Positions 43,610 to 53,073 of a DNA stretch of 64,000 bases are shown piece after piece. This DNA is from Candidatus Eiseniibacteriota bacterium (GTDB lineage Bacteria; Eisenbacteria; RBG-16-71-46; JABDJR01). Location of the stretch: contig CAWANH010000028.1 of NCBI GenBank assembly GCA_963783375.1, positions 1,056,001 through 1,120,000 on the forward strand. The letters are read 5' to 3'. Both the position numbers and the translations under genes were made by a program. Numbering within the stretch: the stretch's first letter is position 1; each line of letters opens with the position of its first letter. The notes beneath the pieces were generated by a model, which saw only the letters and a list, made by a program, of their open reading frames with translations, did no database searches and was not told where the DNA came from.

Positions 43610-44335
43610 ATGAGATGGACGATCATGGCTCTCGGAATCGTCACTGTCCTGGTTGTGTGGCTCGTACCGCCGGCGGCCGCCCAGCCGGCCGGCCAGTCCC
43701 AGGCGGTGGTGGCGCTCCACACGTTTTCCGGCGGTGACTTCGGCCACTGGTGCAAATACTGGAATTACGACGAGCCTTGCAGCGAGTTCACAACCACCTG
43801 GCCCCTCGAGGCCGGAACCCGGATCTACGTCATCGTGGCCCGGGCGGATTCTGCCCTGGGAGTGAGCGGTATCAGCCTGGGGGTCACGTACCAGACTCCA
43901 GGGGGAAGTACGGACGGGGTTGGGGTGGATGTCTTCGGGTACGTCACATGCGCGGATTACGAGTTTCGGGAAGGAGGGGACGGTAGCCCCGATCAGATCT
44001 TTCCCGCTTCGGGTGGCGGGAATCGGCTTTTTTGGGAACCGACTACGAACTGCCAGCGCCACGTGGTGAGTCCCTACGGGGTCGAGACGCTCGCCTGCGT
44101 CATCTATGTCTACGCCTACGGTCCCGATCAATTCGCCGTCATTCCCAACCCCGCCGGCGCCAACGGCCCCGAGTTCCAGGTGGTGGACTGTGTCGGCCCC
44201 ACCGCCTGGGATCTGGAGTGGCCGTCGCACGCGGGGGTGGTCGGGTTCGGGATGGACGGCTACAACCCCTGCATCGCGCTGGGGGTCCCGGTCGAGGCCA
44301 CGACCTGGGGGAGGCTCAAGAGCCAGTACCACTGA
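43610..44335 (+). CDS. Secreted protein with a single Cys-rich domain and TWGRLK tail (paralog of the upstream gene)
   Basis: AAGGAGG RBS, signal peptide, same domain, ends VPVEATTWGRLKSQYH. Confidence 0.85.
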   Translation: MRWTIMALGIVTVLVVWLVPPAAAQPAGQSQAVVALHTFSGGDFGHWCKYWNYDEPCSEFTTTWPLEAGTRIYVIVARADSALGVSGISLGVTYQTPGGSTDGVGVDVFGYVTCADYEFREGGDGSPDQIFPASGGGNRLFWEPTTNCQRHVVSPYGVETLACVIYVYAYGPDQFAVIPNPAGANGPEFQVVDCVGPTAWDLEWPSHAGVVGFGMDGYNPCIALGVPVEATTWGRLKSQYH

Positions 44336-44400
44336 CGATCGCCTGAAGGGAAAGACGCGCCGCCGCGAACCGGCCTGAGCCCGCGGCGGCGTCGCTTACT

Positions 44401-44691
44401 TCAGTACACCCGTTCCGCCGGCATGGCGAAGATGCGGATCTCGTCCTTGCACGGGGTGTCGCAGGCGAACTCCTTCACCGCCGCCACCAGGGCCTCGACC
44501 TGTTCGGCCGGAAGGATGGTGAGGATCATGCTCGTGGTCCCCGGGAAGGCCCGGGTCCCGAGCTTCCGCCCGCTCAACCCCGCCCCCAGCACGTTCGGGA
44601 TCTCGGTGTAGGCATGGATCTCGTGCTGCTCGATCACCGCCTGCATCTCGGCCAGGCAATCCGACGGAACCAGCACCATCATGAGCTTCAT
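44401..44691 (-). CDS. PII-like, transporter-associated small protein (PG0541-like)
   Basis: 96 aa: AYTEIPNVLGAGLSGRKLGTRAFPG...IRIFAMPAE; coupled to the RND stop. Confidence 0.75.
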   Translation of the reverse strand: MKLMMVLVPSDCLAEMQAVIEQHEIHAYTEIPNVLGAGLSGRKLGTRAFPGTTSMILTILPAEQVEALVAAVKEFACDTPCKDEIRIFAMPAERVY

Positions 44692-47600
44692 CACGCGTCC
44701 TCCGTTGCCGCCGCCGGCGTGGCCTCGCTCCCGCGCTGCTGCAGGTAGTAGAGAATCGGAACCACCACCAGGGTGAGCACGGTGGCGGTGATCGACCCGC
44801 CGATCAGCGAGATCGCCAGGCCCTGGAAGATCGGGTCGAACAGGATGACCACCGCCCCCACGATCACCGTTCCCGCGGTGAGGACGATCGGCCGCAGCCG
44901 GACCGCGCCCGCCTCCAGGATGGCCTCCTTGAGGGGCAGCCCGCGCTCCCGGGCCAGGCCCACGAAGTCGAGGAGCAGCACGCCGTTTCGCACCATCACC
45001 CCGGCCAGGGCGATGAAGCCGATCATGGAGGTGGCGGTGAAGAAACCGTGGAAGACCCAGTGGCCGATGAGGATCCCCACCAGGCTCAGGGGAATCGACA
45101 CCATCATGATGAGCGGGGTGCGGAGATCCTGGAACCAGCCCGCGATGAGCATGTAGATGAGGATCAGGACCACCCCGAACGCGAGCCCCAGGTCCCGGAA
45201 CACCTCGCGGGTGATCTGCCACTCGCCGTCCCAGCGCACCGCGTACTGGCTCTGGCTGGACGGGTCGGCGGCGAAGAGCTGGGACACCGTCTCGCCCCGG
45301 GAGCCGGTGAGCGCGTCGATCTTGTCCTTCATCTCGAGGATGGCGTAGACCGGGCTCTCCTGCTCTCCGGCAAGCTCGCCCACCACGTACACCACCGGGA
45401 GCCCGTTCTTCCGGTAGCGGCTCACCGCGCGCTCGGTGCGGACCGGGGTCATGACCGACGCCGCGGGGACGAGATCCCCCTGGTTGGTGGGGAGGCGGAG
45501 ATCGCTCACCGCCAGGAGCGAGTTCCGCTCGTCCCGCGGCCAGCGCACCATGATCGGGACCGGTTCGAAGGTATCCGGGGGATGGAGCGCCCCCACCTGG
45601 GTGCCGGAGAGCGCCAGGTGCACCGCCTGGACCACGCTGGCCGGCGCCACCCCGGCCAGGGCGGCGCGGGTGGGATCCACCTCCAGGTTCCATTCGGCCT
45701 GGGGGGCCTCGACCATCCAGTCGACGTCCACCACGCCGGGGGTGTCCTCCATGATCTTCCGCACCTTGGTGGCCAGCTCGAGACGGCTCTCCTGGTCCGG
45801 CCCGTAGACCTCGGCCACCATGGTGGAGAGGACCGGGGGTCCCGGGGGCACCTCGATCACCTTGAGCCGCGCCCCGTAGCGCTCGGCCACCGGGAGCGCC
45901 CGCTCACGGAGCACGCCGGCCAGCTCGTGGCTCTTCCGCCGGCGCTCCTTCTTGGGCTTCAGGTTCAACTGGATGTCGGCGGCGTTGGGGGATTGGCGGA
46001 AGTCGTAGTGGCGGACCAGACCGTTGAAGGTGATGGGGCTCGCGGCGCCGGTGTAGACCTGGAGGTCCTCCACCTCCGGCACCGAGGCCACCGCCTCGGC
46101 CATGTCGTGGGCCGCGGCGTCGGTCACCTCGAGGGGCGTCCCCTCGGGCATGTCCACCATCAGCTGGATCTCGCTCTTGTTGTCGAAGGGGAGCATCTTC
46201 ACGGTGACGAGCTTCAGGGGGAGGAGTGCGAAGCTCAGGACGAGGAGCAACGCGATCCCGCCCAGGGTCATGAGTCCCTTCCGCGGCTCGTCGAGGAGCG
46301 GCCCCACCACCCGGTTGTAGAACCGGCGGATACCGTCGGGGGCGGGCTCCTCTTCCTCTTCGGGGACCGGCGCGGCGTGCTTGCCCTCCGCCTTCAGGAG
46401 CTTCTTGCTGAGCCAGGGCGCCATGGTGAGGGCCACCAGGAGCGAGAAGGTCATGGCCAGCGACGCCCCGATCGGCATGGGACGCATGTAGGGACCCATG
46501 AGGCCGCCCACGTAGGCCATGGGAAGAACCGAGGCGATCACGGTCAGGGTGGCCAGCACGGTGGGGTTCCCGACCTCGGACACCGCGGCGAGGATCGAAG
46601 CCTGGGGCCGGTGGCCCCGGTGCATGCGGAAGTGGCGGTAGATGTTCTCGACGATGATGATCGAGTCGTCCACCACGATCCCGGCGATGAAGATGAGCGC
46701 GAAGAGGGTCACCCGGTTCAGGGTGTAGCCGAAGATGTAATAGGTGAAGAGGGTGAGCGCGAAGGTGACCGGAACCGAGACGAAGACCACCACCCCGCCC
46801 CGCAATCCCAGCACCAGCCCGGTGAGCACGGTCACCAGCACGATGGCGATTCCAAGATGCAACAGGAGGTCCGACGCCTTCTCGTTCGCGGTCTCGCCGT
46901 AGTCCCGGGCCACGGTGAGGTGGACGTCGGAAGGCAGGAGCCGCCCGCGCACCGCCTCCACCCGCTGGAGCACCGCCGCGGCCACCCGGGTGGCGTCGGT
47001 GCCTTTCCGCTTGGCGATGGTGAGGGTCACCGCGGGAGCGGTGCGCCCGGTCGGGAACGCCGCCGCCACCGCGTTCACGCCGCCTTCCTCCACCCCTTGC
47101 TCGTCGGCCATGGCCGCGCCGGCGGCGAAGGCCACGTAGCTGTCGGTCTCGGGGACCTCGGTCACCGTGGCCACCGAGCCCAGGCGGACCGGCCGGCCGT
47201 CCATGACCCCGACCACCACCGAGGCCACGTCCTCCCGGGTCTTCAGGAAGGCGTTGGTCCGGACCAGGGTGGCCTGGTTGTTCGAGACCAGTTCCCCGCC
47301 GGGAGCGGCGGCGTTGGCCGCCTGGAGCCGCCCGATCACCTGCTGGGGGGGGATTCCCGCCGCGGCCAGGGCGCGGCTGTCCAGGCGCACCTCGAGGGTG
47401 CGGCGGCGCCCGCCGATCAGGTGGGTCACCGAGACGTCGGGGACCGCGCGCACCTCCTCCTCCAGGCCGGCGGCGACGTCCCGGAGGAGCATCTCGTCGC
47501 CCTCGTCCTGCCACAGGGTGAGCGCGAGGATCGGCACGTCGTCGATCAGCCGCGCCTTGACCAGGGGCGGCGTGGCCCCCGGCGGCATCTCGTCCATGCT

Positions 47601-47966
47601 TCCGGCCAGGGCGTCGTAGAGCTTCACCATGCTCCGCTCCTGGTCGTCGCCGACCTTGAAGCGGACGGTGATCATGGCCATGTCGGGGAGCGAGGTGGAG
47701 TAGACGTACTCGACCCCGGGAAGCTCCATCAGGAGCCGCTCGGTGGGGCGGGTCACCCGGTCCTCGACTTCCTTGGGGGAGGCGCCGGGAAGGCCCACCA
47801 TGACGTCGGCGAAGGGAACCACGATCTGGGGCTCCTCCTCGCGCGGGGTCTGGACGATGGCCAGGGCGCCGAGGAGGATGGCCGCCATCATGAGAAGCGG
47901 GGTGATCTTGGAGTCGAGGAACATCGAGGCCAGGCGCCCCGCAATCCCGTAGCCGCCCGGCTTCAT
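44691..47966 (-). CDS. RND efflux transporter permease (AcrB/CusA superfamily)
   Basis: PREEEPQI, LNRVTLFALIFIAGIVVDDSIIIVENI, GAVRLRPIVLT; 1091 aa. Confidence 0.95.
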   Translation of the reverse strand: MKPGGYGIAGRLASMFLDSKITPLLMMAAILLGALAIVQTPREEEPQIVVPFADVMVGLPGASPKEVEDRVTRPTERLLMELPGVEYVYSTSLPDMAMITVRFKVGDDQERSMVKLYDALAGSMDEMPPGATPPLVKARLIDDVPILALTLWQDEGDEMLLRDVAAGLEEEVRAVPDVSVTHLIGGRRRTLEVRLDSRALAAAGIPPQQVIGRLQAANAAAPGGELVSNNQATLVRTNAFLKTREDVASVVVGVMDGRPVRLGSVATVTEVPETDSYVAFAAGAAMADEQGVEEGGVNAVAAAFPTGRTAPAVTLTIAKRKGTDATRVAAAVLQRVEAVRGRLLPSDVHLTVARDYGETANEKASDLLLHLGIAIVLVTVLTGLVLGLRGGVVVFVSVPVTFALTLFTYYIFGYTLNRVTLFALIFIAGIVVDDSIIIVENIYRHFRMHRGHRPQASILAAVSEVGNPTVLATLTVIASVLPMAYVGGLMGPYMRPMPIGASLAMTFSLLVALTMAPWLSKKLLKAEGKHAAPVPEEEEEPAPDGIRRFYNRVVGPLLDEPRKGLMTLGGIALLLVLSFALLPLKLVTVKMLPFDNKSEIQLMVDMPEGTPLEVTDAAAHDMAEAVASVPEVEDLQVYTGAASPITFNGLVRHYDFRQSPNAADIQLNLKPKKERRRKSHELAGVLRERALPVAERYGARLKVIEVPPGPPVLSTMVAEVYGPDQESRLELATKVRKIMEDTPGVVDVDWMVEAPQAEWNLEVDPTRAALAGVAPASVVQAVHLALSGTQVGALHPPDTFEPVPIMVRWPRDERNSLLAVSDLRLPTNQGDLVPAASVMTPVRTERAVSRYRKNGLPVVYVVGELAGEQESPVYAILEMKDKIDALTGSRGETVSQLFAADPSSQSQYAVRWDGEWQITREVFRDLGLAFGVVLILIYMLIAGWFQDLRTPLIMMVSIPLSLVGILIGHWVFHGFFTATSMIGFIALAGVMVRNGVLLLDFVGLARERGLPLKEAILEAGAVRLRPIVLTAGTVIVGAVVILFDPIFQGLAISLIGGSITATVLTLVVVPILYYLQQRGSEATPAAATEDA

Positions 47967-49030
47967 CGGGTCACCTCGACCGGGTCGCCGTCCTCGAGCG
48001 TGGCCGGGGGGGCGGCGATCACGGTGTCGCCGGGGGAGAGGCCGGCTTCCACCCGGCCCTCGGGGCCGAGGCGAAGCCAGCGCAACGACGCATGTCCGTC
48101 ATGGACCAGGAAGGCTCCGGTCAGGGGGCCGCGGCGGACCAGGGCGCCGTCGGGAAGACGGAGCGCGTCCACCGAATCCGCGGCGAAGAGCGTGGCCCGG
48201 ACGAAGCTCCCGCTGGGGGCTTCGAGCCCTTCGGGACGGAGATAGATCTCGATGGTGTGGCGGTCGGCGCCGGGAGTGACCCGGTTCACCGTGGCCGGGC
48301 GGGCGTTGCCGTCGTCGAGGGCGCTACGCACCTCGGCCCGGTCGCCGGGATGGACCGGCCAGGCCATCTCGGCGGGAAGGGTCACCCGCACTTCCAGATC
48401 CGCGGGGTTCTCGAGCACCACCAGGGGCCGCCCCGGGGTGGCGAGATCGCCGGCCCGGGCCAGCCGCCGGACCACCACGCCCCGCGCCGGCGCGCGAAGC
48501 ACCGCGTAGTCCAGGTTCCGCCGGCTCATGTCGACCATGGCCTTGGCCCGCTCGTGGGCGGCGACGGCTCCGGCCGCCGCACCCTCCGCCATCTCCACAT
48601 CGTGGGGGGTCACCACCTGGCCCGCCACCAGCCGGCGCATGCGCGCGGCCTGGCGCTGGGCGTTGTCGGCGTTCACCCGGGCCGCCTCCTCGGCGGCCTG
48701 GGCCTGGACCAGCCCCGAAGCCAGCTCGGGGGAGTCGAGCCGGGCCAGGACGTCGCCGGCCTGGACCACGGTGCCCTCGGTCACCGGGATCCCGGTGATC
48801 CGCCCGGCGATCTTCGACGCGATCTCCATCCGGTTCTGGGCCACCAGCTCGCCGGAAAGATCCAGGCGGGAGGGTTCGGCCCGGTCGGCCATCACCACCG
48901 CGGCCACCGCCACCGGTGGGCCGTCGTCGTGGGCGGGCGTGCTGTTCCCCCGGCCGCAGGCGGAGAGACCGATCGCGGCGGCGACGGTGACCAATAGGAA
49001 CGAAAACGTGGAGAGGGGACGGGTCGTCAT
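47963..49030 (-). CDS. RND periplasmic adaptor (membrane fusion) lipoprotein
   Basis: Lipobox LSAC; IASKIAGRI..EGTVVQAGD, LRAPARGVV..GDLATPG, GLSPGD. Confidence 0.93.
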   Translation of the reverse strand: MTTRPLSTFSFLLVTVAAAIGLSACGRGNSTPAHDDGPPVAVAAVVMADRAEPSRLDLSGELVAQNRMEIASKIAGRITGIPVTEGTVVQAGDVLARLDSPELASGLVQAQAAEEAARVNADNAQRQAARMRRLVAGQVVTPHDVEMAEGAAAGAVAAHERAKAMVDMSRRNLDYAVLRAPARGVVVRRLARAGDLATPGRPLVVLENPADLEVRVTLPAEMAWPVHPGDRAEVRSALDDGNARPATVNRVTPGADRHTIEIYLRPEGLEAPSGSFVRATLFAADSVDALRLPDGALVRRGPLTGAFLVHDGHASLRWLRLGPEGRVEAGLSPGDTVIAAPPATLEDGDPVEVTR

Positions 49031-50424
49031 CGCGATTCCTCCGGAAGCTCCAGGGTTCCCGCGGCCAGGCGCAGGGCGGTCCGGGCCAGCGCGCGCTCGT
49101 GGCGCGCCGAGGCCGCCGCCAGCTCGGTCCGGGTCAGGTTGTTCTGGGATTGGGTGAGGTCCAGGGTGGTCACCAGGCCTTCGGTGTGGCGCTCCTCCAT
49201 GAGACGGAACGACTCGCGGGCCGAGACCACGGCGGCCTCGAGCGCGGTCGCGCGCAGTTCCGCCGCCTTCAGGCGATCGAAGGCCACCCGCGCCTCGTGG
49301 CGGGCGTTTTCCCGGGCGGCGTCCGCCATGTCCCGGGCGGCCCGGGATTGGGCCTGGGCCGCGCGGACCCGGCCGGCCACCCCGGCGTCGAGGCTCATGC
49401 GCGCTCCCAACGCCACCATCCACTGATTCCCGCCCTCGCCGAGGAAGTCCTTGCTGTTGTGCTCGGTCTGGGCCATGACCTCGAAGGCGGGGAAGAGCTG
49501 GGAGCGGGCCAGGCCCACTCCCGCCGAGGCCGCGCGCAGGTTCTGGCGCGCCGCCCGGACGTCGCGGCGATCGGACGAGGCCTCGACCGCGGCGGAAAGA
49601 GAGGGGACCGACACACCCGGTTGGTCGTCGGGTTGGACCAGGGTCTCTGCGATCGGGCCGTCCGCCCCCAAGACGAGTCCCAACATGCTCCGGGCCTCGG
49701 CGCTGTCCGCCTCGGCCGAAGCCACCGACGCCTGCATTTCCAGGACGTGGGCGTTCAGCGCCTGGCGGTCCGACTGCAGCGCCAGGCCCTCGGCCCAGAG
49801 GCTTTCCACCCGAACCGCCTCGAGCCGGGCGGTGGCCAGGGACTCGCGGAGCAGCGCGGCCTTCTCATCGGCCAGGAGCGAGTAGCGGAACGCCTTCTCC
49901 GTGTTGTAGGCGGTCTCCATGGCCGCGCGCTCCCCCCGGTCCCGGGCGGCCTCGGCCTGGGCCCGGCTGGCGGTCAAACCCGAGGTGATCGCCCCCCCGG
50001 TCCACAGCGGCTGGTGCACGCTCACCGCGGCCCGGACGTTGGTGACCGGATCGGGGGTGTTGAGGATGGAGAGATCGAAGGCGCCGGCCTGGGGATCGAA
50101 GGTGCCGAAGTTCGCGGGCCCGAAGCGTTCCTGGGCGAGGAGGCTTCCGAACACGTAGACCGGGTGATCGGTGCGCGAGGCCCCGAGCTCCCCCTCCACC
50201 CGGGGGAGCCGCCCCCACGAGGCCGCCCCCGCCGCGGATCCGGCGGCGTCGGCCTGGGCCCGAGCCGCGCCGAGCCGCGGGTTCTCGCGAAGCGCCCGGC
50301 GGATCGCCTCGTCCAGGGTGAGACCCCCGTCCGCCCGCGCCGCCCCGGCCACCATCAAAGCGGCCACCAACGCCCCGAGGGCGTAACTCCACCGTCTCCT
50401 TGGGGTCACAGAATGGGTTATCAT
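49027..50424 (-). CDS. TolC-family outer membrane efflux protein
   Basis: Signal peptide, LTLDEAIRRALRENP, helical repeats, EGLVTTLDL. Confidence 0.92.
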   Translation of the reverse strand: MITHSVTPRRRWSYALGALVAALMVAGAARADGGLTLDEAIRRALRENPRLGAARAQADAAGSAAGAASWGRLPRVEGELGASRTDHPVYVFGSLLAQERFGPANFGTFDPQAGAFDLSILNTPDPVTNVRAAVSVHQPLWTGGAITSGLTASRAQAEAARDRGERAAMETAYNTEKAFRYSLLADEKAALLRESLATARLEAVRVESLWAEGLALQSDRQALNAHVLEMQASVASAEADSAEARSMLGLVLGADGPIAETLVQPDDQPGVSVPSLSAAVEASSDRRDVRAARQNLRAASAGVGLARSQLFPAFEVMAQTEHNSKDFLGEGGNQWMVALGARMSLDAGVAGRVRAAQAQSRAARDMADAARENARHEARVAFDRLKAAELRATALEAAVVSARESFRLMEERHTEGLVTTLDLTQSQNNLTRTELAAASARHERALARTALRLAAGTLELPEESR

Positions 50425-50519
50425 GCCTTCTCTACTTCGGTTGGGGTTTGTGCGTCACAGGGTAAGGACGCAGGGGTCTCCGATCGGTCACATGACCGCT
50501 GGGGAGAGGAACTGCAGCG

Positions 50520-51146
50520 ATGATCAAACGGGAGATCGAGCCGGCGACGGCCCGGGACCGGGTTGCGGACGAGGAGGTCCTCCGGGCGGTTCAGGCCCGG
50601 GAGCCCGACGCCTTCGACCGGTTCGTGGAGCGGTTCGGCAACCGGATCTACGCCTTCGGGGTCCGCATGTGCGGGCACCGGGAGGACGCCGAGGACGTTT
50701 TTCAGGAGACGCTCCTCACCGTGTTCCAGAAGATCCAGACTCTCAGAGAGCCCGGGGCCCTCACCACCTGGCTCTACCGGATCGTGGCCAACGCCTGTCT
50801 CACCCGGCGCCGGAAGTCCAAGTTCGCTCCGAACCACGAGTTATCCCTGGACGAGCTCCTCCCCCAGGGCGGCGTGGTCGAGGCCGGACCGGTTCTGCCG
50901 GACTCCGACGGTCCCTCCGGGGAGCTCTACCGTCGCGAGATTCTCGAGGCCATGGACGCGGCCATGCGTGACCTCCCCCCCGATTATCGCGTCGTATGGT
51001 TGATGAGGGACGTGGAAGGTCTGGACACGGCGGAGACCGCGGAGGCTCTGGGGATCAGCATCCCGAACGTCAAGATGCGCCTCCACCGGGCGCGTCTCGC
51101 CCTCCGCAAGCGCCTGGCCCGATTCCACCCCGGAGCAAACTCATGA
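50520..51146 (+). CDS. ECF sigma-70 factor
   Basis: EDAEDVFQETL...TWLYRIVANAC; LPPDYRVV..RDVEGLDTAETA...NVKMRLHRAR. Confidence 0.94.
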   Translation: MIKREIEPATARDRVADEEVLRAVQAREPDAFDRFVERFGNRIYAFGVRMCGHREDAEDVFQETLLTVFQKIQTLREPGALTTWLYRIVANACLTRRRKSKFAPNHELSLDELLPQGGVVEAGPVLPDSDGPSGELYRREILEAMDAAMRDLPPDYRVVWLMRDVEGLDTAETAEALGISIPNVKMRLHRARLALRKRLARFHPGANS

Positions 51147-51406
51147 ACGAACACGACGACCACCCGCACGATCGAAAGCTCTGCAAGGACCTGGCCGAGC
51201 GGATATCCGAGTACCTGGACGGGGAGCTGCCGGCCGATCTCCGCATGGAAGTGGCGGAGCACGTCGATCACTGCTCGACCTGCGAGACCTTCGTGGATTC
51301 GGTCCGGCGGACCCGGGACCTGGCGCATCTTCTCCCGCCGCTGGAACTCCCCCAGGACCGCCTGCGATCGCTGTCCGAGGCCGTGAAGCGGCGCCTGGAA
51401 GACTGA
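51143..51406 (+). CDS. Soluble zinc-binding anti-sigma factor (zf-HC2/RsrA-like)
   Basis: C...SEYLDGEL...HVDHCSTC, no TM, ATGA overlap with the sigma gene. Confidence 0.9.
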   Translation: MNEHDDHPHDRKLCKDLAERISEYLDGELPADLRMEVAEHVDHCSTCETFVDSVRRTRDLAHLLPPLELPQDRLRSLSEAVKRRLED

Positions 51407-51511
51407 GCGGGCGCCTCCTCCGTGACCTTTCCCCTCGTTCGGTATCCCTCCCATGAAAGCCGGAATTCGACTTCCGGACAACGTTTATCCTCATTTCGAA
51501 GGGAAGGGATC

Positions 51512-51727
51512 ATGACGGTTGAAAACGCGGTGCGGCTCCTGGCCGGGACCCTGGTGCTTGTGGGACTCGGCCTCGGTATCCTGGTCAGCCCCTGGTTCTT
51601 CATCCTGGTCGGGTTCGTGGGCGTGAACCTGGCCCAGTCGTCGATGACCGGAATCTGTCCGGCGGCCACGATCTTCAAGAAGGCGGGACTCCGGTGCGTG
51701 GCCGAGGCCCGGGTCGACGCCGAGTAG
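51512..51727 (+). CDS. DUF2892 (YgaP-like) membrane protein
   Basis: MTVENAVRLLAG...FVGVNLAQSSMTGICPA. Confidence 0.88.
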   Translation: MTVENAVRLLAGTLVLVGLGLGILVSPWFFILVGFVGVNLAQSSMTGICPAATIFKKAGLRCVAEARVDAE

Positions 51728-51843
51728 GACGGAACCGCCCGCCTGAGCGCGACCGGCCCTGGGGCGGACTGCTAGCATGATCCCCCGTCCGGGGGATCTC
51801 CCCCCGGAAGCGGCGCGGCTTCCCCCCTCGCGCGGGACGGACG

Positions 51844-52860
51844 GTGAACACACTCTGGACCTGGGTCGGCTTCAACCTCTTCGTGCTTCTCTGCCTGGCC
51901 GTGGATCTCTGGAGCTTTCGGGGAAACCAGCACGCCGAAAAGCTCCACGAGGCGGCGCTTCGGAGCCTCGGGTGGATCGCGCTCGGCCTCCTGGTGGGCG
52001 GTGCGGTCTGGTGGCGGCGGGGGAGCGGGGACGGGGTGGACTACTTCGCTGCCTACCTCATCGAAGAATCCCTGAGCGTCGACAACCTCTTCGTATTCCT
52101 CACCCTGTTCACCTACTTCGCGGTCCGGCCCGAGCATCGCCACAAGGTCCTCTTCTGGGGGATCCTGGGGGCGCTGGTCTTTCGGGGGCTCTTCATCGGG
52201 GTCGGGATGGCGGTGATCCGGCGGTTCGGCTGGGTGATCTACCCCCTGGGAGCGTTCCTGGTGTGGACCGGGGTGCGGATGGCTATCCATCGCGAGCGGG
52301 AAATGGAGCCGGGCCGAAACCCCCTGGTGCGCGCGGTGCGCCGGGTGTTCCCGGTGACCCGGAGGTACCATGGGGCGTCGTTCTTCGTGCGGAAGCGCGG
52401 CCGGCTCTTCGCCACGCCCCTCTTGCTCGTGCTGGTGGCGGTGGAAACCACCGACATCCTCTTCGCGGTGGATTCGGTTCCCGCGGTGTTCGCGGTGACC
52501 CGTGATCCCTTCGTGGCCTACAGCTCCAACGTCATGGCGGTTCTGGGCCTCCGGGCGCTCTTCTTCGTGGTGGCGGGGGCGATCGAACGCTTCCGCTACC
52601 TCCACCTGGGGCTCTCCGCGGTCCTGGTCTTCGTGGGGCTCAAGATGCTGGCCGAGGTGTGGATCGATCTCCCGACTCCGGTTTCCCTGGTGGTGGTGGC
52701 GGGGATCCTCACCGCCTCGGTCCTGGCCTCGATGTTGGCCCTCCACCGGGAGGGTGCGAGCCTGGGGGACGTGCTCCGGGGTTCGGTGGAGAAGAGCCTG
52801 GAGGAGCCGGAGAGGATCCCGCCGGACGCTCCGCCGCCCGCCCCCGAATCCCGCCCCTGA
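51844..52860 (+). CDS. TerC/Alx family metal homeostasis membrane protein
   Basis: YLIEESLSVDNLFVF, VLFWGILGALVFRG, ETTDILFAVDSVPA, SNVMAVLGLRALFF. Confidence 0.93.
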   Translation: MNTLWTWVGFNLFVLLCLAVDLWSFRGNQHAEKLHEAALRSLGWIALGLLVGGAVWWRRGSGDGVDYFAAYLIEESLSVDNLFVFLTLFTYFAVRPEHRHKVLFWGILGALVFRGLFIGVGMAVIRRFGWVIYPLGAFLVWTGVRMAIHREREMEPGRNPLVRAVRRVFPVTRRYHGASFFVRKRGRLFATPLLLVLVAVETTDILFAVDSVPAVFAVTRDPFVAYSSNVMAVLGLRALFFVVAGAIERFRYLHLGLSAVLVFVGLKMLAEVWIDLPTPVSLVVVAGILTASVLASMLALHREGASLGDVLRGSVEKSLEEPERIPPDAPPPAPESRP

Positions 52861-53073
52861 GCGGATCGCGACGCCGGCGTCGGGCTGATTCCGGTCGAAG
52901 TCGCGCGGCCCGGTTCGCGTTGTGTTCCCTCCGTCCCCGGGCTACCCTTGTTCGACCATGACGTCGACCCACCCTCGCCGGCATCTTCCCGGCCCCCGCG
53001 TTTCGTTCCCGGCCCCGGTGCGCGCCGTGTTGCGGCCTCGGATGGCCGGGCGCGAAGGACCCGGGGGTTTGCG

